IMG/VR virus record: IMGVR_UViG_3300042988_000067
Location: 399 to 64,398 of that record
Direction: 5' to 3' (one strand)
Source: a virus
Taxonomy: Duplodnaviria; Caudoviricetes
Length of the DNA stretch: 64,000 nucleotides
Shown: positions 45,195-53,553 of the stretch, one piece after another
Numbering within the stretch: position 1 is the stretch's first letter
How the letters are laid out: every line of letters starts with the position of its first letter
Program-made: the position numbers and the translations under genes
The notes under the pieces: generated by a model
Database searches by the model: none
Seen by the model: the letters and a program-made list of their open reading frames with translations, nothing else
What the model was told of the DNA's origin: nothing

Positions 45195-45996
45195 GCAAAC
45201 TTGTATCGGCATTGCTTGTGTTTGTGTGGTTGGCAGGGTTTGTGTTAGCCAAAGGATTCTGGAGCACAGTTGCCTGCTTCTTTCCGCTTTGGGCGTACTA
45301 CTTGGTAGTTGAACGGTTGCTGACTATGTGGGGGATGGTATGAGCAGCGTCTACATTTTGATGAAGCAACCGCACTCCCCAGTTGTGTTTAACATTCCAA
45401 CGCCGTATCGTGTTTATGCAAGGAAAAAAGATGCCCATGAAGCCTGTGAGCGCATGAACGCAAGGTCTAGAACGCTTACCTACTGGGTAAGCAAAGTTGA
45501 GTTTAGAGGATGGGGGGAAGCATGACCCTACTTGAAATGGAAAACGTAGGTATCAGGCTGAAGTGGCGCCTGATCAAACAGGTTGCAGTACAGTGCTACT
45601 GCTACGGGGTTTCCTTCAACGATTATGTTTTGTACGCATTGAGGGAAGCGGTTGAAGCAGAAGATATGGCGAGGGAGAATCATGGCGAGTAGAAACGACA
45701 TCACTGGGGATCTGATCCAGTCCAAGGTTATTAACTCAGAAGAGTTCAGGAGGAATTTTGAAAACATCTTTAGAAAAGACAATAAGGTCGAACAACGTCC
45801 TGATGTCGATGTATCCATACGGGTGTCATCAGACGACAAAGAAGGAACCAGAGAAGATGGTTAGCCACTCTCAAGACGTGTTTAGAATGTGGCCTATGAG
45901 GATGTCTACCTCATGCAGGTACGACAATAAGCATGCTGATGAGCGCTGTGAAGGGTGCACCAAACCATACGATGAAGAGTACGTTAAGGGACTAAA

Positions 45997-46284
45997 ATGA
46001 GCATACTTGATGAAGCGAAAGAGATCATCTACGGGGACCGTGAGAAGACCTACGGGCACCCGTCAAAGAACCTAGAGTGCATCGCTGGGATGTGGGAGCA
46101 CTACCTGCATAACCGTGGCCTGCTGAACGTGGACGGCAACGGCCTCCAGCACACCGACGTGGCCTGCATGATGGCCCTGCTCAAGATCAGCCGGCTGGCC
46201 AATGCACCAGATCACCATGACAGCATCGTTGACGGGGCCGCCTATCTGGCGCTCATTGAGCGGTGCATGGAAGGAAGCAAATGA
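45997..46284 (+). CDS. DUF6378-like protein (nucleotide pyrophosphohydrolase-related)
   Basis: SILDEA..IIYGDREKTYGHP..N...IA..W...DVA.MM.LLK.SR...H.DS.VD.A.Y. Confidence 0.75.
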   Translation: MSILDEAKEIIYGDREKTYGHPSKNLECIAGMWEHYLHNRGLLNVDGNGLQHTDVACMMALLKISRLANAPDHHDSIVDGAAYLALIERCMEGSK

Positions 46285-46490
46285 TTAACCGAGAAGAGGT
46301 GAAGCTGGCGCAGATCATTAAGCTGATCGACGCGAGCCGATTCAGGCCGCGCATGGCTGACGCGATGATCCTGTATTACTGCGAGATGATCCCCATGAAC
46401 CAGATCGCAAAAAAGATGGGCGTCAGCCGGCAGGCGATATCCAGAGCAAAGAACCGGCTTGAGAGGATAGCCATACAGCAGCTTGATTAA
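46281..46490 (+). CDS. Sigma70-region-4-like HTH protein
   Basis: IPMNQIAKKMGVSRQAISRAKNR. Confidence 0.6.
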   Translation: MINREEVKLAQIIKLIDASRFRPRMADAMILYYCEMIPMNQIAKKMGVSRQAISRAKNRLERIAIQQLD

Positions 46491-46495
46491 AAGTG

Positions 46496-46524
46496 TTGAC
46501 ATGATCGAAATTCATCTGTAAGAT
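46496..46524 (+). promoter_or_regulatory. Sigma70 promoter P7
   Basis: AAAAGTG-TTGACA-17-TAAGAT-CCGT. Confidence 0.8.
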
Positions 46525-46562
46525 CCGTTACATCAACTAACGAACTTACTAGGGAGCACGAC

Positions 46563-47402
46563 ATGGAAAACTTCTTCGACATCAATGACGACCTGAGCGG
46601 TTTTGACGAGTCCACTCTTGAGCAGGCTCTGGAAGGCCGTACTTACACCGAGATCTGCCAGAAGTGCCGTGGTCGTGGCACCTTCGTTTCTTACTCTGGC
46701 CGCACTGTCGGCACCTGCTACGCCTGCAAGGGCGCCGGCAAGTTTGAGCGCAAGACCTCCCCTGAAGCTCGCGCCAAGGCCAAGCAGTCCCGCGTTAACC
46801 GCGTGGAAGCCGAAAAGAAGAGCAACTGGGCATCGTTCGCTGAAGCCAACGTGGCCGAGGCAGCATGGATCGAAGCTAACGCTGAGTCCTTTGAGTTTGC
46901 CCGCAGCCTGTTCGTTTCTGTCGCCAAGTACGGTTCCCTGACCGATGGTCAGCGTGCCGCAGTCCAGCGCTGCATCGACAAGCAGGTAGCACGCGTTGCC
47001 GACCGCGTCCAGCGCGAAGCGTCTGCTGTTGTTGTGGACATCGCCCGCATCAACACCGCTCTGGAGTCCGCCAAGGCCAACCAGATCAACAACCCGAAGC
47101 TGCGCCTCGGTGACTTCACTTTCTCTCTGGCGAAGGTCACCAGCGTCAACGCAGGTGCCGTGTACGTCAAGGAAGGCGAGCTGTATCTGGGCAAGGTTGT
47201 CGCCGGCAAGTTCACACGTAGCCGTGACTGCTCCGCCGAGCAGGAAGCCGCAATCATCGCAGCATGTGCTGATCCAGAAGCAGCCGCAGTAGCCTACGGC
47301 AAGCGCACTGGTGTTTGCTCCTGCTGTGGCCGTCAACTCACCAACGGTGAGTCAATTGACCGTGGTATCGGTCCAATCTGTGCAACCAAGTTTGGTTGGT
47401 AA
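46563..47402 (+). CDS. DUF6011-like protein with N-terminal CxxCxGxG Zn finger
   Basis: CQKCRGRG...CYACKGAG; C-terminal CSCCGRQLT..ESIDRGIGPICA. Confidence 0.75.
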   Translation: MENFFDINDDLSGFDESTLEQALEGRTYTEICQKCRGRGTFVSYSGRTVGTCYACKGAGKFERKTSPEARAKAKQSRVNRVEAEKKSNWASFAEANVAEAAWIEANAESFEFARSLFVSVAKYGSLTDGQRAAVQRCIDKQVARVADRVQREASAVVVDIARINTALESAKANQINNPKLRLGDFTFSLAKVTSVNAGAVYVKEGELYLGKVVAGKFTRSRDCSAEQEAAIIAACADPEAAAVAYGKRTGVCSCCGRQLTNGESIDRGIGPICATKFGW

Positions 47403-47410
47403 GGAGGTGT

Positions 47411-47551
47411 ATGGCAGAAAAGTTAAGCAGAGAGGAAAACGCCCGAAGGTTACGGGCGTTGAATCCTCAGACATCAACTCAAAAGTTATCGATATGGGAC
47501 AGGTTTGGGTACTGGCTATTTTTCCGCAGGATGACCCGTCGCAAAAGCTGA
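47411..47551 (+). CDS. Small basic protein (46 aa), last plus-strand gene
   Basis: AAGGAGGT RBS; MAEKLSREE...WDRFGYWLFFRRMTRRKS; overlaps the 3' end of 47516..48520. Confidence 0.5.
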   Translation: MAEKLSREENARRLRALNPQTSTQKLSIWDRFGYWLFFRRMTRRKS

Positions 47552-48520
47552 CATAAGGTCATCAATGTAGTTCCGGTCAAACGGTATGTCGCCACGGCCA
47601 TACTCGATATTTCTTCCAACAAGGTTAGGGTCGCTCAACAGCGGCCCTAATTCTTTTGGGCTGTCGCTCATCATGTTGTAGATGATCGCGCTATTATCTG
47701 GGTGCGCAAAAACGACAGCCGGCTGGTTCCTTTCGGCATAGCTTCTCGATATGGCCTTGATGAACTCAGGATCCGCATCAGGCACGCGGACCATGTTTGA
47801 CTTCTCTGGGATCTTAATGAGCTGCTTGTTGAAGCGCGTGGCGCCGATACCGTACTGATCCAGATTCTGTCTCAGGAAGTCCCAGAAGTACGGGTCATGA
47901 GCATTCCAGTCCTCATGGAAGACCGGATTGTTCTGCATGATCGCCTTCCCAGCATCATCAAGCTCTTCGCTCCATGCACCCTGACTAACTCCGAGTGGCT
48001 TTGCGGCCCTTTCAACTCCCGGAACATGGCCGTACCCATACGCCTTGTTCTTCGCCAGCATGTAGTAATCCATCACCTGCTTCAGTGCGGACTTATCGCT
48101 GAGCGGAACATCATTGAACCTACTCGCGGTAGACGCCTCGATGTTGGCGATGAGCGGGTGACTGCCCCTAGTCATGCCACGGTGCACGGCGTTAACCAAG
48201 TCTCCAGCCTCTACGCCGGCAGTGCCAACAGCAGATGCTGCCGGTCGTACCGCTGGGAGCGACGCTAGGGCACCTAGAATGCCCTCTCCGATGTCGGAGG
48301 TACCTTTGCGTGCCTCATGCACCATTCGCGGCGTATCGTTCGATTGCATGGCCGCCGTGAGCGCTCCTGCACCGCTTCCAAGTGACTTTCCTGCTTTGTG
48401 TAGCGTAAACGGGTTCAGCGGCACCGGAATATTGCCGAGCGTGTTGTAAAGCTCTTCGTTCTGAGGGTTGTTTTTGAACCCATTGATCAGGCTTTTGATG
48501 ATGTCCGATTGCTTAGCCAT
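47516..48520 (-). CDS. Putative internal virion protein
   Basis: 334 aa; last gene of the late operon; GILGALASLPAV segment followed by a globular C-terminal domain. Confidence 0.45.
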   Translation of the reverse strand: MAKQSDIIKSLINGFKNNPQNEELYNTLGNIPVPLNPFTLHKAGKSLGSGAGALTAAMQSNDTPRMVHEARKGTSDIGEGILGALASLPAVRPAASAVGTAGVEAGDLVNAVHRGMTRGSHPLIANIEASTASRFNDVPLSDKSALKQVMDYYMLAKNKAYGYGHVPGVERAAKPLGVSQGAWSEELDDAGKAIMQNNPVFHEDWNAHDPYFWDFLRQNLDQYGIGATRFNKQLIKIPEKSNMVRVPDADPEFIKAISRSYAERNQPAVVFAHPDNSAIIYNMMSDSPKELGPLLSDPNLVGRNIEYGRGDIPFDRNYIDDLMSAFATGHPAEK

Positions 48521-51500
48521 TTTTCTTCACCTTGCCGCCGCTCTTGTACCCGTTGTCGTACAGTCGCTGCAATAACTGGTCGTTGATATCTACCGATGGA
48601 GGGTAGCCACGGGTGAGACCCATGACACCGGGATCCCTTCCTTTTCTTGCGACATACTCATCGATGAAGTCCTTCAGCACCAAGTCACGCGGAGCTGGAC
48701 TGAATGTCTTCATGTGGTCCGTGCCGGTCAGGATGTACGGATATCCAGAATGCAGATCTGGACGATGGATCATGCCGTTATCCAGAGAGAACAGGCGATA
48801 ACCAATGTCGTGCGTATTGGCGCCAAGCAGGACCGGATCGGTGGTTTTTCTGATCAGCTCGTCGTAATCGAACACCTGACCCTTTTTACCGCCAACGCCC
48901 TTCCCGCCAATCACCTCAGCGATTGCCGCGCGCTTCCCGAACGTGTCCCCATGGGATCCTAGATTTTTGGCCACGACATCGATGCCCTGACCAAACAGCG
49001 GAATTCTTTCATCATCCATGTAGAAGGACCGGAGCCTGTCATTCATGCTCTGGGCCAGCTCATCGCTTACGTTTCCGCTGCGCTTTGCCTCGCTAAATTT
49101 CTTCACAAGAGCATTGAACACCTGCGGGTTGGAGCGATGCTGATCTGGCGACCCGATGAGGTTTGTCCAAAGAACATCGCCGTCTGTGGCTTCCTGAGCG
49201 CGCTTGTTGGCGTTGATCATTGTGGTACCAACTTGTGGTGCCGCCACCCCCCATGCAGCATTGGCAACCTCGTGCGGGCTGCCAAGCTCAAGCTGGAGGC
49301 TGGAGAACCCCGGACCGCCATCGTACTGGCCGCCGACCTTTGTGCGGTCTGCCTGAGTGACCATCAGCTTCCCGCCAGCATGCGGGTTCAGGGCTTCTGA
49401 CATGCGCTGCAAACCGCCAACGTCTCTTGTGATGGCGCCGAGTGACGGGACAAACGGAAGAATGCCAAGCCCATTCAGAGCGGCGTTGCCGTAATCACCT
49501 TTGCGCAGATCGTCCTGAGCGTAATACAGGGACTGAAGGTCGCCAGTGATCGGGGCGAAGTTATTCAGGAACTCCAATGTGTCCATTGCTGAAGGGCCAT
49601 TAGAGGCCGCAGGAGCGCCTGATCCTTTTCCGTATGGTGAGCCTTTGGCCGGCTTGTAATCGTCGCCCTTACCCCACGGCTTGGCCTTAACAGCGCCACC
49701 TTTAGCGAACGGGATCTCATCCCCCGGCAAACCTTCCGCACGGGGAGCCGGCCCTTGCCCCGGAACCGGCTGACGTGGGCGCGGTTGAAATCCCTCAATC
49801 GGCTGCCCTCCCTCTGGCATCAAAAAGTCAACCGGAGCGTTACCTCTCTCAGCATTCACTTCATTCAGGATGCGATACCCTTCATCAGCCATTGCGTCTG
49901 TGTTGATGTACCCGCGCTCGATTGGCATCGGCTCTACTGCCGACAGGTGATCGATGATGTCTTTGTTGGAGTAATACTGCCCTTCAGGAAGATTGGCAAC
50001 AGTCTCATTGATCAGGTCGTGCATGTTCTTTCTGACCCCGAACGGACCAGAAAGAGATACGCCACCACCGGGGCCGGTATGGGTCGGATAGATCCGGTTG
50101 ATGTGCTTGACTACTTCAGGCTGGAATCGCAGCTGTACGCCGATTGACGGGTCTCCAACCTTGTACAGTTCGGCTCTTGCCTTGGCAGAGTCAGACAGTG
50201 CGCCCCATCCGCCACGTTTAACAAAGTCCTGCACATACTGCATGTACTTTGTATCTGGAGCCTTGTCACTCTTGCCTTGGATCTGGGTAATTGCCCACGG
50301 CTCATCAAACCCCAAGTCTGGGTTTGTCTCGATTGTGACGTGCGGGTTTCCGCCTGAGTCGCGCAAGCTGTAGTTGCGTGACTCTCCTGACAGGACTTTG
50401 TTGCAGTATCCACCGATGCAGTGGCCCATGTCCTCGCCTTCTTTGGTGAGAACGTCTTGAATTGATCGCTTATTAAGCTCCTTCAGTGCTTGTTCTTCGG
50501 CGTCCCTTCTGCCGAATATGTTGTGCTGGCCATTCAGTGGAACCTGATTCCCAGCTGCATCCTCCATTACCCATCCATGCCCTTGCGGGTAGTGGCTGAC
50601 TGTAACGCCCTCCGGAAGCTCTTTGTGGTTTTTTATCAGCTCGACCCACTTGTAGCCATCGTCATATTCGTGGTGAACCGGCAGCCCTTCCATTGCAGCC
50701 TTTTGAGCTGCTACCCTGTCCAGCTCGCGCTGAATGTTTGCGTTCGACGTGCTCTTGATCGCATCTGTAAGCGACATGCTGGTCAGCGTATCTGGGTTGA
50801 TCTTGCCAGCCTCAAGCTGCGTCTTCAGGTGATCAATCAGATCAGAAAATCCGAACTTCGCACCAGCATCAAGCTGCGTGCTCATCGGCAGGCGCATGAC
50901 GGTCTCATCGTCAGGGACGTTTTTCAGGAAGTCTGAGCCGGCGCGGTTTTCATCCCTCCACTTCTTCGCCCGACCCTGCACGATAGATGTATCGGCAAGC
51001 ATTTCCCATGCACTTGCCACGGGATCTGTCTTTGGGTTTGCTGCTTGGAACGGGTTGAATCCAGCATCAACAGCATTCTTGTAGGGAAGGTAAATGTCCG
51101 TGTCGATTTCTTTGCTGGGATTGAAGTGCAGGATGTTTTGCATCCGAAGGTCGAAGTTGGCGTTGGCCTCATCGATTGTTCTGGTCTTTGCCCGCATCAG
51201 GTTGTTGATGACGTTCGCAGGCTCGCCCTTCTCTTGTGCGTCAGCGATCTTCTTGTCGATCTTGCCTGCCTTTGCCAGCGCTGCATCGCGCTCCTTGCGC
51301 AGTGCTGCCGCGCGCTCCTGAGCATATATGCGGACTTGGTCGCTTTCTGCACCAAGATCCCGCTTGATGTAATTCCCGATTACAGAGTTGATCCAGTTAT
51401 CCAGAGACTGCTCGTGCTTGGACAGAGTGGAAGGGAACAGGTTTGCCTTGGCTGCCAGCTCCGGATTGGTCTTAACAAGGTCGGACAGGAATGCGTCCTG

Positions 51501-51965
51501 AGACCCAAACTGGTTGAGGCCGTCCCTCCAGAAATTATCATTGCCGGTGGCGTCATTAAGCATCTGGCCCATGAACCCGTTGTCACCGATACGGTACCCC
51601 TTTTCGGCCTGCCTCTGGGCGATTGGGTTCATGTTGTGCAGCGTCGGAGTGATGCTGTCACCAAGCCATGCCCCGCCTTTGTTGCGGATCACCCCGCCCA
51701 AGGACGGGACAAACGGGAGAATGCCGAGGCCGTTCAGCGCAGCGCTGCCGTAGTTGCCTTTTTTGAGGTCGTCCTGAGCGTAGTATAGAGACTGAATGTC
51801 GCCGGTAATCGGCACAAAGTTGTTGATGAACTCTGCCGAATCTAGGGCTGACATCCCCGGCTTCGTTACCGGCTTTCCAGACCCATTGCCATACGGATTG
51901 CCTTTTGCTGGGGAGTACTTGTCGCCAGCACCCCAAGGTGATGACCGCTTTTTATTGTCCGCCAT
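48513..51965 (-). CDS. Large modular internal virion protein (two PT-TG-like repeats, PcfJ-like domain)
   Basis: Start MADNKK; duplicated ~90-aa block; EGEDMGHCIGGY...YSLRD...PHVTIE...ITQIQGK PcfJ-like motif. Confidence 0.6.
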   Translation of the reverse strand: MADNKKRSSPWGAGDKYSPAKGNPYGNGSGKPVTKPGMSALDSAEFINNFVPITGDIQSLYYAQDDLKKGNYGSAALNGLGILPFVPSLGGVIRNKGGAWLGDSITPTLHNMNPIAQRQAEKGYRIGDNGFMGQMLNDATGNDNFWRDGLNQFGSQDAFLSDLVKTNPELAAKANLFPSTLSKHEQSLDNWINSVIGNYIKRDLGAESDQVRIYAQERAAALRKERDAALAKAGKIDKKIADAQEKGEPANVINNLMRAKTRTIDEANANFDLRMQNILHFNPSKEIDTDIYLPYKNAVDAGFNPFQAANPKTDPVASAWEMLADTSIVQGRAKKWRDENRAGSDFLKNVPDDETVMRLPMSTQLDAGAKFGFSDLIDHLKTQLEAGKINPDTLTSMSLTDAIKSTSNANIQRELDRVAAQKAAMEGLPVHHEYDDGYKWVELIKNHKELPEGVTVSHYPQGHGWVMEDAAGNQVPLNGQHNIFGRRDAEEQALKELNKRSIQDVLTKEGEDMGHCIGGYCNKVLSGESRNYSLRDSGGNPHVTIETNPDLGFDEPWAITQIQGKSDKAPDTKYMQYVQDFVKRGGWGALSDSAKARAELYKVGDPSIGVQLRFQPEVVKHINRIYPTHTGPGGGVSLSGPFGVRKNMHDLINETVANLPEGQYYSNKDIIDHLSAVEPMPIERGYINTDAMADEGYRILNEVNAERGNAPVDFLMPEGGQPIEGFQPRPRQPVPGQGPAPRAEGLPGDEIPFAKGGAVKAKPWGKGDDYKPAKGSPYGKGSGAPAASNGPSAMDTLEFLNNFAPITGDLQSLYYAQDDLRKGDYGNAALNGLGILPFVPSLGAITRDVGGLQRMSEALNPHAGGKLMVTQADRTKVGGQYDGGPGFSSLQLELGSPHEVANAAWGVAAPQVGTTMINANKRAQEATDGDVLWTNLIGSPDQHRSNPQVFNALVKKFSEAKRSGNVSDELAQSMNDRLRSFYMDDERIPLFGQGIDVVAKNLGSHGDTFGKRAAIAEVIGGKGVGGKKGQVFDYDELIRKTTDPVLLGANTHDIGYRLFSLDNGMIHRPDLHSGYPYILTGTDHMKTFSPAPRDLVLKDFIDEYVARKGRDPGVMGLTRGYPPSVDINDQLLQRLYDNGYKSGGKVKKNG

Positions 51966-53553
51966 TCTGCAACCTTTCAATTGCGTTCATCATTCCGGGG
52001 CTGTATGGAGCCTTGTCGGTCCATTTGGCCAAAGTTCCAAGTCCGCCATAGATCTCGCCAGCAAGCCGTGGCGATGCAGAAAACATTGATGCAAGTGCCG
52101 CCGGCAAGCCAGCGACAGAAGCAGCTCCATATGCGATTGGAACATCAGCCATCAGCGGCTTTAATCCGCGCGGAAACGCTGGGTTCAATGCCTGACCAGA
52201 AAGCGCCGGCATGATGTCCACTCCGCCCTTCTCGGCCAGCTTGCCGGCCAAGTTTTCGCGGTAACCAAACGACGTGTTTGCGTTGTTGCGCATGATCGAC
52301 TGGAGTTTTCTTAAGGCAGTTCCAACTGATGCGCGCTCGCCCAGTGAAAGCTCGCGCTGAATTTGGTCCAGCTCGTCAGATTTATCCCAGTACTTGAGCA
52401 TGGACTTTTTGTACTGTGGCATCTGGTTGATGATCGTCTTCTTTACCTCTTTCACAACCTCTGTGGCAAACGAGCGGCCAGCCCTGTTTGCGATGTCTTT
52501 CGGGTAGATATCGTTTAGGTGCTGCTTGAGCTGATCCAGACCCTCTGCGGTAATGAATGATGGGTCTTTAGCTGCCTTCGCCTTCCAATGATCAAGAAGC
52601 GCGCGAACATCGTCCGCAACAGCCCCGACCCCCGGCTTCGTTATGCCCTTGAAAGAGAACTTATTGATCGCGCGAAGGTACGCATCTTCAACGCCTTGGA
52701 AGTTGAGCGGTGTCGTATCGTCAGCCCACCCCATGGCAGACCTTGGCACAACGCCCGCGGCAACCTTTGCCTGAATGTGTGGGTCTGGGTTGTTTTTCAG
52801 AACCTTGTACTCATCGATCATCGACTTGCGCATGCTGTCCAGCCCTTGGCGAGCTGTTTCAACAACCTTCTCTATGTCTTCTCCGCCGCGCAGGTTTGCC
52901 CAGTAATCCTTGGCCGCCTGCCCGCCAGCCTTTGTGGAGCTGTAGGCGTTCTCTAGGGCGGAATATCCGGCGCCAGTGGTAACATCACCAAGGACTTTGG
53001 CTGCGCCTTTCCTGACGCCAGTAAGCGTGCCATGAACACCCTTTCCGGCCACCCACATCGGGTTCGTCACCTTCGCGGCAATATCAAGCGGCTTTGTCAG
53101 GCCGGCGGCGGCGGCAGCCGGATTGCTCAGCTTTGCAGCACCAGAAACACCGCCAAGCAACATGGACAGATCACCAGCAACCCCAACTGGATCAGTGCGA
53201 AATGCTTCCTGCGCCTGTTCCCAAGACCCGTATCTGTCCTTGAAAAACTGGCCTACAGCGTCAGCCTTTGCGCGTGATTGCTTGTCTTCACCGAGCGTTT
53301 GCACAACAGACTCAGGCAAAGCATTCTGCAACCCTCCGGCCAAAACGTCAGCGACATTACCGGCAGTGTCAATCGGGTGCATAACGGCATGCGCCATGTT
53401 GCCAAAGTAGTTCTGGGCGGACGGCACAATGTTGCGAGCGACATCGCCAGCGTATGTGGTCTCATTAAGCTGTTTCAGGATCGCTGGATCGGTAACTTCC
53501 CCGTCATCAGCATTCAGCTGAGCAAGCAGCGCGGGATCAGTTACTTCCGTCAT
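51952..53553 (-). CDS. Internal virion/DNA ejection protein (putative)
   Basis: 533 aa; EVTDPALLAQLN repeat at the N-terminus; SPRLAGE near the C-terminus; ejectosome position. Confidence 0.55.
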   Translation of the reverse strand: MTEVTDPALLAQLNADDGEVTDPAILKQLNETTYAGDVARNIVPSAQNYFGNMAHAVMHPIDTAGNVADVLAGGLQNALPESVVQTLGEDKQSRAKADAVGQFFKDRYGSWEQAQEAFRTDPVGVAGDLSMLLGGVSGAAKLSNPAAAAAGLTKPLDIAAKVTNPMWVAGKGVHGTLTGVRKGAAKVLGDVTTGAGYSALENAYSSTKAGGQAAKDYWANLRGGEDIEKVVETARQGLDSMRKSMIDEYKVLKNNPDPHIQAKVAAGVVPRSAMGWADDTTPLNFQGVEDAYLRAINKFSFKGITKPGVGAVADDVRALLDHWKAKAAKDPSFITAEGLDQLKQHLNDIYPKDIANRAGRSFATEVVKEVKKTIINQMPQYKKSMLKYWDKSDELDQIQRELSLGERASVGTALRKLQSIMRNNANTSFGYRENLAGKLAEKGGVDIMPALSGQALNPAFPRGLKPLMADVPIAYGAASVAGLPAALASMFSASPRLAGEIYGGLGTLAKWTDKAPYSPGMMNAIERLQNGGQ

